From: Geopsychrobacteraceae bacterium
Lineage (GTDB): Bacteria > Desulfobacterota > Desulfuromonadia > Desulfuromonadales > Geopsychrobacteraceae
Assembly: GCA_963662315.1 (NCBI GenBank)
Contig: OY759353.1
Span: forward strand, 768,001-832,000
DNA: 64,000 bases
Direction of reading: 5' to 3'
Each line of letters opens with the position of its first letter. Within the stretch, counting starts at the first letter, position 1. Below the pieces are notes generated by a model. That model was not told the origin of the DNA, made no database searches, and saw only the letters and a list, made by a program, of their open reading frames with translations. Shown here piece by piece: positions 6,150-16,099 of the stretch. The position numbers and the translations under genes were made by a program.

Positions 6150-7838
6150 TTACTTTTTTCCAATAACGGCTTCAGAAACGTTAAATGTGTGATCGCCTAT
6201 TTTTTCGAAGCTATGCAGCATGTCGATATATACAAGTCCGGGTTGTACCGCACATTCACCGGTGTTGAGGCGCGAGATATGGTTCATGCGTAAACGCTCT
6301 TCCAGATCATCGATAGCGTCTTCATACTCCATGGCACGCTTTTCGATGGTTTTGTCTTCTTTATCCATGGCTTCAATTGTGAATGATAGGAATTCTTTTG
6401 CCTTATTGGCAATCTCTGTCATTTCCGTTTCGCCGAGATCAGAGAAGTTGATTTTCTCCTCAATCTTCCTGCTGCCGAGCTGCCATAAATTTTCACAATG
6501 ATCGCCGATTCGCTCGAGGTCATTGACCATATTCATGAGCGAGCCAATAGTTTCAGAGGTTTCGGTAGAGATAGATTTTTGTGATAATTTAACCAGAAAG
6601 GCCATGATCTCTTTTTGTAGTATGTCAACAAGCTCTTCCTTTTTTTCTAAGCCACGAATGCGTTTATAATCCCCATCCTGAAGGAAAAGAATTGTCTCAT
6701 CGACCATTTCCTGAGCGATCTGAGCCATGCGACGGGTCTCTCGCCGTGCCTGGCCTATGGCAACAGGCGGAGTATTTAAGACCCGGTCGTCAATAAATTT
6801 AACCTGAAAAGTCTCTACATCCAGTTCCCCTCGGATCAACATTGTTGATAATTTGGCCAACAGACCGATAAAGGGTAGAAAAACCAGTGTATTGATAATA
6901 TTGAAGAGCGTATGTGTGTTGGCAATGTGGCGAGCGATGTAGGGTTTGTCTCCAATGGCTGCTGCAAATTGCTGAGCCTGCTCCTGGGTTTGAATTACAA
7001 AATCAGCATCACCTGGTGTGATTGAAGAGATAAATTTTAAAAACAGTGGAAACAGCATCAACATGTAAGCGACGCCAATAGCATTGAACAGAAAGTGGGA
7101 AAAAGCGGTACGCTTGGCAGCTACATTGGTGCCGATAGCTGCCAGGTTTGCAGTTATAGTGGTACCGATATTTTCACCAAGAATTAAGGCGACACTGGCT
7201 TCAAAAGAGATCAGTCCAGAACTCGCTAATGCCAGGGTAATGCCGATCGTTGCACTGCTGCTTTGGACTATAACCGTCAATAGGGCGCCAATTAAAACAC
7301 CAAGCAGTTTGTAATCACCTACAAGAAGAAATAGTTGGCGAAATTCTTCGCTGGTTTTCAGGGGATCAAAGGCTGTTTTCATGGTCGAGAGACCAAAAAA
7401 AAGTAGACCGAAACCGAGGATAATTTCACCTGTATAGCTGGATTTACGGTTACGACTAAAAAGCTTTAGCCCTGCACCGATTCCAATAGCTGGCAAGGCG
7501 AATTTAGTAATTTTAAATGCTATAAGTTGAGCGGTGATTGTTGTTCCGATATTGGCACCAAGTATGACGCCAATCGACTGTACCAGAGACAATAGTCCGG
7601 CGTTAACAAAGCCAACAACCATAACTGTTGTTGCACTTGATGATTGTATGATGGCAGTAACCGCTAAGCCAACCAGCGCGCCAATGATTCTATTGTTGGT
7701 CAGTACCGCCAGAATCTTTCGCATTTTGTCGCCAGCGATCTTTTGCAGTCCTTCGGACATGATTTTCATTCCGAAAAGGAACATTCCAAGACCGCCAAGC
7801 AGGCCAAATAACAGTTTCTGACTGAGCAATACCGACAT
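6150..7838 (-). CDS. Na/Pi cotransporter family protein with PhoU-like C-terminus
   Basis: Two 'QSSSAT' repeats, 'GANIGTT'/'GENIGTT', 'NDLERIGDH'. Confidence 0.92.
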   Translation of the reverse strand: MSVLLSQKLLFGLLGGLGMFLFGMKIMSEGLQKIAGDKMRKILAVLTNNRIIGALVGLAVTAIIQSSSATTVMVVGFVNAGLLSLVQSIGVILGANIGTTITAQLIAFKITKFALPAIGIGAGLKLFSRNRKSSYTGEIILGFGLLFFGLSTMKTAFDPLKTSEEFRQLFLLVGDYKLLGVLIGALLTVIVQSSSATIGITLALASSGLISFEASVALILGENIGTTITANLAAIGTNVAAKRTAFSHFLFNAIGVAYMLMLFPLFLKFISSITPGDADFVIQTQEQAQQFAAAIGDKPYIARHIANTHTLFNIINTLVFLPFIGLLAKLSTMLIRGELDVETFQVKFIDDRVLNTPPVAIGQARRETRRMAQIAQEMVDETILFLQDGDYKRIRGLEKKEELVDILQKEIMAFLVKLSQKSISTETSETIGSLMNMVNDLERIGDHCENLWQLGSRKIEEKINFSDLGETEMTEIANKAKEFLSFTIEAMDKEDKTIEKRAMEYEDAIDDLEERLRMNHISRLNTGECAVQPGLVYIDMLHSFEKIGDHTFNVSEAVIGKK

Positions 7839-7957
7839 GAGCTCTCTCCGTTTAATTAATGAAAAACAAATGTTTGACTAACCGAATTCTAATAGAACAT
7901 CAGATATAATGGTAAATTTTGCGCGAATACTATAATGCATAGGCATAATTCTCAACC

Positions 7958-7991
7958 AAAAAAGGCCAGTGTTAATACACTGGCCTTTTTT
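7958..7991. terminator. Bidirectional intrinsic terminator
   Basis: AAAAAAGGCCAGTGT-taat-ACACTGGCCTTTTTT. Confidence 0.8.
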
Positions 7992-8045
7992 AATAGTGTT
8001 CCGCGTTGGAATAAGTATACTCTTGGGAGACTTATTTATGTCATT

Positions 8046-8516
8046 TTAGCGATTTAACGTTGCCAGAAGCATGGTTCTGTAGTCCTTCTTTGCCGTGCGC
8101 ATCTTACCGATAAAAATTTTCATTATATTCATGGCAATCTGCAGGCCGAGTCTGGGTTTTTCACTGGCAAGAGAATTAAAGGTTTTTCGTTCCAGGCCAT
8201 AAAGAATAGCATTCTCTGCGATTCTGGCCGTGCTCGCTCGCGGCCCCTCATCAATGATGGCCAATTCACCGAAAATATCTCCTGCACCAAGAACAACCAT
8301 TATCTGCTCATCCGTTTCGGCGAGCATCTGAGAAATTTGAACTGTTCCGGATTTAATCAGGTAAAGTGCTTCTCCTGACATGTTTTCAATGAATACCGTT
8401 TTGCCTTCAGCAATTTTTCTGATTGAAAAGACCGAATTAAGATATTCGATTTCCTTGGTAGCCAACCCTTTAAATAAAGGGCTATCGGACAGGTCTGTTA
8501 AGTCAATATCACTCAA
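8046..8516 (-). CDS. Cyclic-nucleotide-binding domain protein
   Basis: 'GDIFGELAIIDEGPRASTA' cNMP pocket; no HTH. Confidence 0.85.
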   Translation of the reverse strand: MSDIDLTDLSDSPLFKGLATKEIEYLNSVFSIRKIAEGKTVFIENMSGEALYLIKSGTVQISQMLAETDEQIMVVLGAGDIFGELAIIDEGPRASTARIAENAILYGLERKTFNSLASEKPRLGLQIAMNIMKIFIGKMRTAKKDYRTMLLATLNR

Positions 8517-8542
8517 TTAAATAAGCTCCGTGTCCCTAATCT

Positions 8543-9046
8543 TTATCTGTAGCTTTCCGCATATTGGATATAATTTAGGGCAGATTGTTTGAGATGATCA
8601 AGCTCTTTTTGTGTTAGTTTTCGTTTGAGCTTTGCGGGGGATCCCATGAAAAGCGTTCCTGCGGGGACCACTGTTCCAGGGCTCACGAGTGCACCGGCTG
8701 CTATCATTGAATCATCTTCGATGGTAACGTTGTCCATAACGACGGCTCCCATGCCAATAAGGCAACGGTTACCGATCGTACACCCGTGTAACGTTACGTT
8801 GTGACCAATTGTAACGTCGTCACCTATATGAGTGGGATAATGTGCATGGTCAACATGAATGACAGTGCCGTCTTGTACATTGGTTCTGTCGCCGATGCGT
8901 ATATAGTTGACATCCCCTCGAATGACAACGTTAAACCATATGCTGGATTGTTTTCCGATAATAACATCACCAATAATTTCTGCTGAGTTGACAGTAAAAA
9001 CAGAGGGGTCCAGTTGTGGATGCATGTCCTGATAGCTATGAAGCAT
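8543..9046 (-). CDS. Gamma carbonic anhydrase family protein (YrdA-like)
   Basis: Hexapeptide repeats, 'RGDVN', 'NVQD', 'IGHNVTLHGC'. Confidence 0.9.
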   Translation of the reverse strand: MLHSYQDMHPQLDPSVFTVNSAEIIGDVIIGKQSSIWFNVVIRGDVNYIRIGDRTNVQDGTVIHVDHAHYPTHIGDDVTIGHNVTLHGCTIGNRCLIGMGAVVMDNVTIEDDSMIAAGALVSPGTVVPAGTLFMGSPAKLKRKLTQKELDHLKQSALNYIQYAESYR

Positions 9047-9135
9047 TATTAAACCTGTAAGAAATGTATGAACTCAGAAAAAAACCCAACCATTATGCAA
9101 ATGGATGGGTTTCAAGCCTTTTGACGTAAAAAACG

Positions 9136-9411
9136 TTATTCGTCGACCCTCTCTCTTAACTCTTTTCCAACTTTAAAGAATGGCAGCTTCTTTTCTTCAA
9201 CCTGGATGATTTCGCCGGTTTTTGGATTCCTGCCCATATAAGCTTTGTAGTCTTTTACCATAAAACTACCAAACCCGCGAATTTCAATCCGATCATTATC
9301 AATAAGCGCCTGAGACATTCCATCAAAAATCAGATTAACAATCTGTTCTGATTTTTTATAGGTCAGATTCTTCTGGATTGATAATGCCTCTATCAGTTCT
9401 GACTTGTTCAT
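9136..9411 (-). CDS. ihfB: Integration host factor beta subunit
   Basis: 'MNKSELI', 'RIEIRGFGSF', 'GRNPKTGE', 'FFKVGKELRERV'. Confidence 0.85.
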   Translation of the reverse strand: MNKSELIEALSIQKNLTYKKSEQIVNLIFDGMSQALIDNDRIEIRGFGSFMVKDYKAYMGRNPKTGEIIQVEEKKLPFFKVGKELRERVDE

Positions 9412-9539
9412 GTAGGGCCCCCTGAGGCTTTAGCCGGTTATGGGTTTTAAAGCAATCCGTTAGTTATAATAATAAAGACTATACATCAAGACTTTTACAT
9501 GTCAACCATAGTGCAAAAAAATCAATGAGTTGGCCTCTA

Positions 9540-10106
9540 TTAAATTATTGTGAAGGGGGAAAGTGTCCAGATGACTTTGGCCTCTTCAGCGCCGATATTC
9601 TCCCATCGATGGGGCAAGTGAGATTTAAAGCATAGACTATCCCCAGTCTCAAGTATGAAAACTTCATCAACGATGGTCATTTTGAGACGTCCTTCAAGCA
9701 TGTAAATCAGCTCATCACCTGGGTGATACATATTTTTCCTTCCGCTCTGCCCTCCTTTTTGTACTGTACAATAGAAGGACATGAATTGCGGGTCACGAAG
9801 CCCAGATGTAAATGATTCCGTATGCATGTTGAAGTCGTCGTCGTAAACGGTTTTGTCGCGCTGCCCTGGCTTTGTATGGACAATCTCATGCGAAGTCGAT
9901 ACGTCTTCAACGAAATAATTAATGCTTTTGTCAAAAACAGTTGCCAGGCGCATTAAGATTTCAACCGAAGGAATTGTCAGCCCTCGTTCAATGCGCGAAA
10001 TCATATTGGAAGATACCTGAGATCTGTCTGCCAGTACCTGAATAGTCATGTCCTGCTTCAAGCGAATCTCTTTAAGTTTTTTACCGACGATTTTTTTTAC
10101 TTGCAT
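9540..10106 (-). CDS. XRE-family HTH plus cupin transcriptional regulator
   Basis: 'ISRIERGLTIPSV' HTH and cupin 'HPGDE...PHRWEN'; ATG at 10106 with GGGAG RBS. Confidence 0.88.
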   Translation of the reverse strand: MQVKKIVGKKLKEIRLKQDMTIQVLADRSQVSSNMISRIERGLTIPSVEILMRLATVFDKSINYFVEDVSTSHEIVHTKPGQRDKTVYDDDFNMHTESFTSGLRDPQFMSFYCTVQKGGQSGRKNMYHPGDELIYMLEGRLKMTIVDEVFILETGDSLCFKSHLPHRWENIGAEEAKVIWTLSPFTII

Positions 10107-10132
10107 GATTATAAATTCTCCCGACTGAAAGC

Positions 10133-10693
10133 TCAAACATTAGGTGGCGGGGAAACGACCCAAAGGATCTTTGCCTGGTCATTGGACCTGTTGCTCCAGC
10201 TGTGCGGGAGGGTGGCCTTGAAGCCGATTGAGTCCCCTTTTTTCAACAGGTAGTCTTCCCCATCAACACAAAAATACAGTGATCCTTCTAATACCATCGC
10301 AAATTCTTCACCGGTATGCACCATCCCCCCTTCCCCGCTATCGCAATGTGGCTCGAGGGTGTCGATGAATACGGAGAAGCCCGGATCCCTCAGTCCTTGC
10401 AGGAGGCTGGTAATCTGATGCTTATCTTCAAAAAAGAAAACCGGTTCGCCATGTCCTTCTTTGGTGAAAATTACAGTACTGCCTTTTTCAGCCTCTTCGA
10501 CAAAATAGCTGAGGCTGAGTCCCAGCGCATCGGCCAGTTTCATTAGGATTTCGACAGACGGTATGGTGAGTCCACGCTCAATTCGCGAGATCATGTTGGA
10601 CGACACCCGAGACATTTCGGCGAGCTCCTGAATGGTCTTGTCCCGTTTCAGGCGCGACGATTTTAACTTTCTCCCTATTAGTTTTTTGATCAT
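10133..10693 (-). CDS. XRE-family HTH plus cupin transcriptional regulator (tandem paralogue)
   Basis: Same 'SSNMISRIERGLTIPSVEILM' helix; cupin 'HTGEE...PHSWSN'. Confidence 0.88.
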   Translation of the reverse strand: MIKKLIGRKLKSSRLKRDKTIQELAEMSRVSSNMISRIERGLTIPSVEILMKLADALGLSLSYFVEEAEKGSTVIFTKEGHGEPVFFFEDKHQITSLLQGLRDPGFSVFIDTLEPHCDSGEGGMVHTGEEFAMVLEGSLYFCVDGEDYLLKKGDSIGFKATLPHSWSNRSNDQAKILWVVSPPPNV

Positions 10694-10953
10694 AATAATT
10701 ACACTCCATTGTTATTTAGAATGATGTTTTATCATGAAAGGTATTTATTGTCAACCTAATATGAGATGCAATTAGTCAGAAGTGGTAAATGAAAGAACTT
10801 TTTAAAAACGATATGTTGCAGAACTATTCGTGCATTATTGTGAAATATGGATAAATTCATAGTTGGAGAAAATCTGAAATATTTAATTATTTATATTGAT
10901 GATATATGATCGCTTCTTCTGGATAAAAATAAAAAGCTGTCACATCGCGTTCA

Positions 10954-13317
10954 TCATGGTTGTAGCTGAAGGCGAATCGTCTTCAATAAGTCAACGGCTT
11001 GGACTGGTTTGCTGAGTAGCGGCACCCCTTCATTAAGCAGTCCCTGCTCGCGTAAACTGTCAAAAGTATACCCGCTCATAAATAAAACCGGCGCTTCAGT
11101 GATCTTTCTGAGCGCGTGATAAAATTCAGGTCCTTTGAGCCCAGGCATTACAACATCCGATACTATGATGTCGATGGCCTCGGAGGTTGATGCTAAATAA
11201 TTCAGTGCAGCTTCGGCACAGTTACATGTATGAACTGAATATCCAACTGCAGTTAGAATGCTCTCAGTTGAATCTCTAACCAGAGGGTCATCCTCTACCA
11301 ATAAGATAGTTTCATTTCCACCGGGAAGATCTCCCGCTAATTCCAGGGTGGGATTAGGCAAGCGCTTTTCTGTTAACGGTAGGTAGATGCTGAAGCAGCT
11401 TCCGTGGCCAAGGGTGCTTTCTACTTTAATATATCCCTTGTGCTGCTTGATGATACCCCAGGCCATAGCTAAACCGAGTCCAGTGCCTTTTCCTGTGTCT
11501 TTGGTTGTGAAAAATGGATCAAATATCTGTTGACGGATTTCAAGGGGAATGCCGGTACCGTTATCCTCAACATTGATTTGCGCATATGCGCCAGGCACGC
11601 CGTAGCCATTTGCTTCACAAAACGATTTATCAATAAAACTGACTTCTGTAGATATGGTCAGCTGCCCGCCATTGGGCATAGCATCCCTTGCGTTGGTTGC
11701 AAGGTTGACCAGGACTTGTTCAAGTTGAGCTGAGTCGGCAAGGACAATGATCTGATTTTGGGCGAGATTCAAATGATGCTCAATTCGGTTTCCTATGGCC
11801 TTAATGAAGATTTCGTGAACCTTTGCAACCACCTGGTTTAAGTCAACAGGTGTTGAGTGTCCTGTTTTTTTTCGGCTATAGGCAAGTAAGCCATTGGTAA
11901 GCTGCGCCCCTCTTTCTGCAGCGGCACCTATTTTTTGAATTTTCCGTAGGACTTTTGGTTGGTTGGCGGTTTGAGTTTCCAATAAGCCTACGTAGCCGGA
12001 GATTACTGTCAATATGTTATTAAAATCATGGGCAATGCCGCCAGTAAGGGTCCCTATTGCTTCCATTTTCTGTGAATGTTGAAGTTGTTGCTCTAGGGCC
12101 TTGCGCCGTGAAATATTGATAAATGTGATGACGGCGCCAACAAGTTGACTGTCCTGATGCATGGGATGTCCCCAATATTCAACCGGTATTGACTGTTTAT
12201 CAGTATTGATAAAGTTGTCTTCATCAGTAATCTTTCGACCATCTCTTATTGCCGTGATATATGGACAGGCAAAGTCTTGTGAGTCTGGTAGACCATGGGT
12301 GAGATTATAGAGCTGCCGCCCCAGGAGGTTTTTCTCACTGCGACCACCAAGGATTTTTAGAGTCGATGGGTTACAAAAAACAATTCTTCCTTCAAGGTTA
12401 ATTCCGACAATCGCTTCAGCTGTTGAATTGAACAGAATGCGTAGCATTTCTTCACTGTGAGAAAGCTCTTTGATGAAATGCAAGCGCTCCCACTCGGCAG
12501 CGGCACGAGAAGAGATGATCGCCAAAAATTCTTCAATATGCTCCTTCTTGTAGATCATTTTTTTTGAATATAAGCACACGGCTCCTAACACAGAATTATT
12601 GTGGGCAATCAGTGGCATTGCGATAAAACAATTGACGTCCTGCATTACTCCAAAGATCGGTTTCCTAAAGTAAACGGACGCATTATTTTCATAGAAGACA
12701 TAATGGCCTTGTTCGACATCTCTTAGCGGCGTTCCTATGGTAGATATTTTAAAACTGGGGATATGTTGATCGTGGTGATAACATGCTCGAATAAAAAAAT
12801 GGGAATCGGCAAAGTTGCCGATGCAGGCTCCATCTGCTCCCAACCAGGCGCATAAGTTTTTTACGATTTCGTCCAGGCATTCATATCCCGTCAGCCCCAC
12901 AGTGCTACGTACCAGGGCCTTTATAGTTTCTTCATATTTTTCCCGGACAGAAATGTCTCTGGCCAGGCAGAAATAATATGTATGGGCATTGATTGTCTGC
13001 TTCCGGCAAGACATTTCGACATGAATCCATACCCCTGCTTTTGTTAACAGGTCTGTTCGATACAGGGCTTTCCCATGAAGATTTAGCTCGTTGCCAATTT
13101 TTTCATAGGCTTGCGATTCTTCCTTGATAATTCGGTTAATGTTGCGTGGCGATAGTAACCTTAGTTCCGCAGAGGTATATCCGAGTAAATCTGTAGCTGC
13201 CATATTGGCATTAAGATAAGCGCCTGGTCTGCCATCGGAAAGGCATTCCGATATAAACAGTGCATCGGGCAGGCCATCATAAATTTCGTTAAAGTTAAGT
13301 TGTGTCATGCTTGTCAT
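10954..13317 (-). CDS. PAS/GAF/PAS hybrid sensor histidine kinase with receiver domain
   Basis: H-box 'GGIAHDFNNIL', 'NARDAM', 'FDPFFTTK', 'GTGLGL', receiver 'LLVEDD...DVVMP...K'. Confidence 0.92.
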   Translation of the reverse strand: MTSMTQLNFNEIYDGLPDALFISECLSDGRPGAYLNANMAATDLLGYTSAELRLLSPRNINRIIKEESQAYEKIGNELNLHGKALYRTDLLTKAGVWIHVEMSCRKQTINAHTYYFCLARDISVREKYEETIKALVRSTVGLTGYECLDEIVKNLCAWLGADGACIGNFADSHFFIRACYHHDQHIPSFKISTIGTPLRDVEQGHYVFYENNASVYFRKPIFGVMQDVNCFIAMPLIAHNNSVLGAVCLYSKKMIYKKEHIEEFLAIISSRAAAEWERLHFIKELSHSEEMLRILFNSTAEAIVGINLEGRIVFCNPSTLKILGGRSEKNLLGRQLYNLTHGLPDSQDFACPYITAIRDGRKITDEDNFINTDKQSIPVEYWGHPMHQDSQLVGAVITFINISRRKALEQQLQHSQKMEAIGTLTGGIAHDFNNILTVISGYVGLLETQTANQPKVLRKIQKIGAAAERGAQLTNGLLAYSRKKTGHSTPVDLNQVVAKVHEIFIKAIGNRIEHHLNLAQNQIIVLADSAQLEQVLVNLATNARDAMPNGGQLTISTEVSFIDKSFCEANGYGVPGAYAQINVEDNGTGIPLEIRQQIFDPFFTTKDTGKGTGLGLAMAWGIIKQHKGYIKVESTLGHGSCFSIYLPLTEKRLPNPTLELAGDLPGGNETILLVEDDPLVRDSTESILTAVGYSVHTCNCAEAALNYLASTSEAIDIIVSDVVMPGLKGPEFYHALRKITEAPVLFMSGYTFDSLREQGLLNEGVPLLSKPVQAVDLLKTIRLQLQP

Positions 13318-13546
13318 TGAACAGTCTCACCTGTCATAAGGTCTTCCTCTTGCGGTTGCCTCTTAATCTCTCAATATATCAATTATCTGTCAATGAGGGT
13401 TTGAATTTCTTATGAAGCGATAAAATTTGAACTTTTTATGGGTGAGGGAGAATTTGTCTTCAGTACTTTTTTTAAATAAAGATCTATGCAAGTTTTGCTA
13501 ACTATGATAGTTTTCTGCGGTTAAATTTATCAAAAGGAGATGTCTC

Positions 13547-13849
13547 ATGCTGACAGTTTTAATCGGACTGCACATCATTGTATCAATCGCACTGATCGTT
13601 ATTGTTCTGCTCCAGATGGGCAAAGGGGCTCAGGCCGGTGCATCGTTTGGTGCAGGTGGCAGTCAGGCAATGTTTGGATCTACAGGTGGCAACTTCATGA
13701 GCAAGGTTACTGCTGGCGCCGCAATTATCTTTATGCTCACCAGTTTGTCATTGGCATACCTTTACAGTTCTCCGTCTTCTCAAACAGTTATGCCAAGTTC
13801 AGTCGCTGCACCTGCTTCCAGTCAACCTGTTACGCCAGATCAAAAATAA
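13547..13849 (+). CDS. secG: Preprotein translocase subunit SecG
   Basis: 'VLLQMGKGAQAGASFG' between two TM helices; followed by tRNA-Leu, the usual arrangement. Confidence 0.95.
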   Translation: MLTVLIGLHIIVSIALIVIVLLQMGKGAQAGASFGAGGSQAMFGSTGGNFMSKVTAGAAIIFMLTSLSLAYLYSSPSSQTVMPSSVAAPASSQPVTPDQK

Positions 13850-13902
13850 TGAAATTCTCTATTGACAGCTGAGACTGTGTTGAGTATATATACGTCCGCA
13901 TT

Positions 13903-13989
13903 GCCGAAGTGGTGGAACTGGTAGACACGCCATCTTGAGGGGGTGGTGGGAGTATTCCCGTGCGAGTTCGAGTCTCGCCTTCGGCACCA
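13903..13989 (+). tRNA. tRNA-Leu(GAG)
   Basis: GCCGAAGTGGTGGAACTGGTAGACACG...CCATC-TTGAGGG-GGTGG, long variable arm, GAGTTCGAGTCTC, 3' ACCA; TTGACA at 13862. Confidence 0.97.
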
Positions 13990-13999
13990 AGATATATTT

Positions 14000-14034
14000 A
14001 GAACGCTCTGTAGAAATTCAGAGCGTTTTTTTTT
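14000..14034 (+). terminator. Intrinsic terminator after tRNA-Leu
   Basis: AACGCTCTG...CAGAGCGTT followed by a T-run. Confidence 0.8.
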
Positions 14035-14294
14035 GTTTTAGACGATATGTATATCGGATACGCCTTCTATTCTCTTTGCTCTTTATTTTTACTTGTCGTT
14101 TTTTCTGCTTTTTATCCATCAGGGGTATATTTTTTTGAAGAGATACTGATTATTACTCTTCTGATAAAGTATAATTTTAGAACGGTCCTGTTGTATTATT
14201 TCTACTTAATACTTGAAAATCTCATCGTTATTGAGTTTAATGGTTTCTAACGATAACTGATAGTTATTACTCTTTCATCAGAATGAGGTGCACG

Positions 14295-16070
14295 ATGCCA
14301 TTAACCGGAGAACTTGAAAATTTACCAATTGTAGATGTCATTCAATTGATTCATTCGACAAGAAAATCCGGCATACTGACCGTTTATAGTCGTCGGGGTG
14401 AAGGTCAACTCATTTTTAATAATGGCTATATTGTCAGTGCGATCCATTCCAATGAAGATTTAAAAATCGGTAAGATTCTGGTTGAAAAGGGCATCATCAG
14501 TGAGTCTGAACTCAATCAGGCCCTTGCTACTCAGCAAGATCAAGATTTTACCCCCGCCCCTCTTATCAGTATATTGCATGAGCAATGTGAAATTTCCAGA
14601 GATGACGCTTATAACGCCCTTGAAACATTGATTGAATTGACGCTTGTTGAAATGATCAGCTGGACCAGAGGTATTTTTACTCTGGAAACTGAAGATATTG
14701 TCATGCCTGACGACTACAAGTATCTACCCAAGGATTTTCAGAATATTAATCTGGATACACAGATGGTTCTGATGGATGCGTTGCGTATTTTTGATGAAAA
14801 AGTCTATGCCGGAGAAATAGAAATATCTGATGAGCCGTTTGAAGGTGAGGTTCCTGGCTTAAATAGTCCGGGCTCACCAATATCTGTTACCAGTATTTCT
14901 GACATGGAGCTTTCTGAAGAAATACTGGGCTTGGCAGACCTGGATCAATTGGAAAGAAAAAAACCGCTGTCGTTTGAAGTTCTCGATACTTTCGATCCAT
15001 TTGATATCCATCGTGAATCTATTGTTCAAGCTCTTCCTTCAATTGCTGAGGAAGAACAAAAAAAGTTGGTCTCTTTTCTGTCAGAGTTCAAACATTTAGA
15101 CCCAAAGCTTGCTCCGCTTAATATGTCCTCTCAAGCTGTCGTTCTGTATAGTTCTGATCAATTTTTACAGCATGCAGTAATGACCGTATGTCGTCGGGAG
15201 GGTCTTTTGACGTTCACACCTGCATCCTTTAAGGATCTTGAAGGGAATTTAAGCAGAGCTCTCAGTAAAGGTTATGATCCGATTCTGGTAATAGGCCTTC
15301 CCGATGATCGCAATGCGGATTTTAGCCATGAAAAAATTGGCTCACTACGATCTCATATCAAGCAACTTTATCCAACTATTCCTCAGATGCAGTTGTCGCT
15401 TCCGGAAATGTATGATTTTTCTCTTAGTGCTTACGATAGTGGTTGTCGTGCCGTTATCCCCTACCCGCTTCTGAATACTTCCGAAACCGTATTGGCGGAT
15501 GATCTAGTGAGATTTCTTCGCGCTTTAACCTTTTATATCCGAAATCTTTTCAATGACGCATCTCATTCGCAATCTGCACTACTAAAAAGTTATTTAACCA
15601 GGCTTGTCAAAACGACCAGAGCTCCTGATATCTCTTTACTCGTGCTTAAATTTGTCAGTGAATTTTTTTCACGGGCTCTTACCCTGGTTATTGACCGCGA
15701 CAGTTTGATCATGGAAAGAAGTATTGGGTTGCTACCGGGAGCAGAACGAAAGGTTGCGGCTCCATTGAGGAAACGTATGGCAATCCCGGATAATCATATC
15801 TTTGCAAGAATGACTGACGCGGACAGTTGTTATTATGATGAAATCTCACCAAGTTCTTTTCCCGATTCATTTTATGCAGATATAACAGCCCCTTTAGACC
15901 AGCATATTCTGCTCTTACCGCTGAAAAGCTGTGGACGCGTGGTAACATTGACATATGCTGATTTTGGTTCACATAATCCAATCTCGGTTCCCCTGGATCT
16001 ATTGCATATTTTTATGAGGCAAGCAGGTCTGGCTATTGAAAACGCTCTGCTGCGGAAAAATATCAGCTAG
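14295..16070 (+). CDS. DUF4388 (PatA_N-like) domain protein with an MshEN-like motif and GAF-like C-terminus
   Basis: 'LTGELENLPIVDVIQLIHSTRKSGIL...SWTRGIF'; 'KIGKILVEKGIISESELNQALATQ'; 'LLLPLKSCGRVVTLTYAD'. Confidence 0.7.
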   Translation: MPLTGELENLPIVDVIQLIHSTRKSGILTVYSRRGEGQLIFNNGYIVSAIHSNEDLKIGKILVEKGIISESELNQALATQQDQDFTPAPLISILHEQCEISRDDAYNALETLIELTLVEMISWTRGIFTLETEDIVMPDDYKYLPKDFQNINLDTQMVLMDALRIFDEKVYAGEIEISDEPFEGEVPGLNSPGSPISVTSISDMELSEEILGLADLDQLERKKPLSFEVLDTFDPFDIHRESIVQALPSIAEEEQKKLVSFLSEFKHLDPKLAPLNMSSQAVVLYSSDQFLQHAVMTVCRREGLLTFTPASFKDLEGNLSRALSKGYDPILVIGLPDDRNADFSHEKIGSLRSHIKQLYPTIPQMQLSLPEMYDFSLSAYDSGCRAVIPYPLLNTSETVLADDLVRFLRALTFYIRNLFNDASHSQSALLKSYLTRLVKTTRAPDISLLVLKFVSEFFSRALTLVIDRDSLIMERSIGLLPGAERKVAAPLRKRMAIPDNHIFARMTDADSCYYDEISPSSFPDSFYADITAPLDQHILLLPLKSCGRVVTLTYADFGSHNPISVPLDLLHIFMRQAGLAIENALLRKNIS

Positions 16071-16099
16071 GTCAAATCGTTATATTTCGAGGAGCCTTC

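Noticed and set aside
13935..14250. Short hydrophobic ORFs after tRNA-Leu (possible toxin) or an island at tRNA-Leu
   Set aside because: One ORF overlaps the tRNA and terminator and the other is T-rich low-complexity sequence with no RBS; no integrase or att repeat was found.
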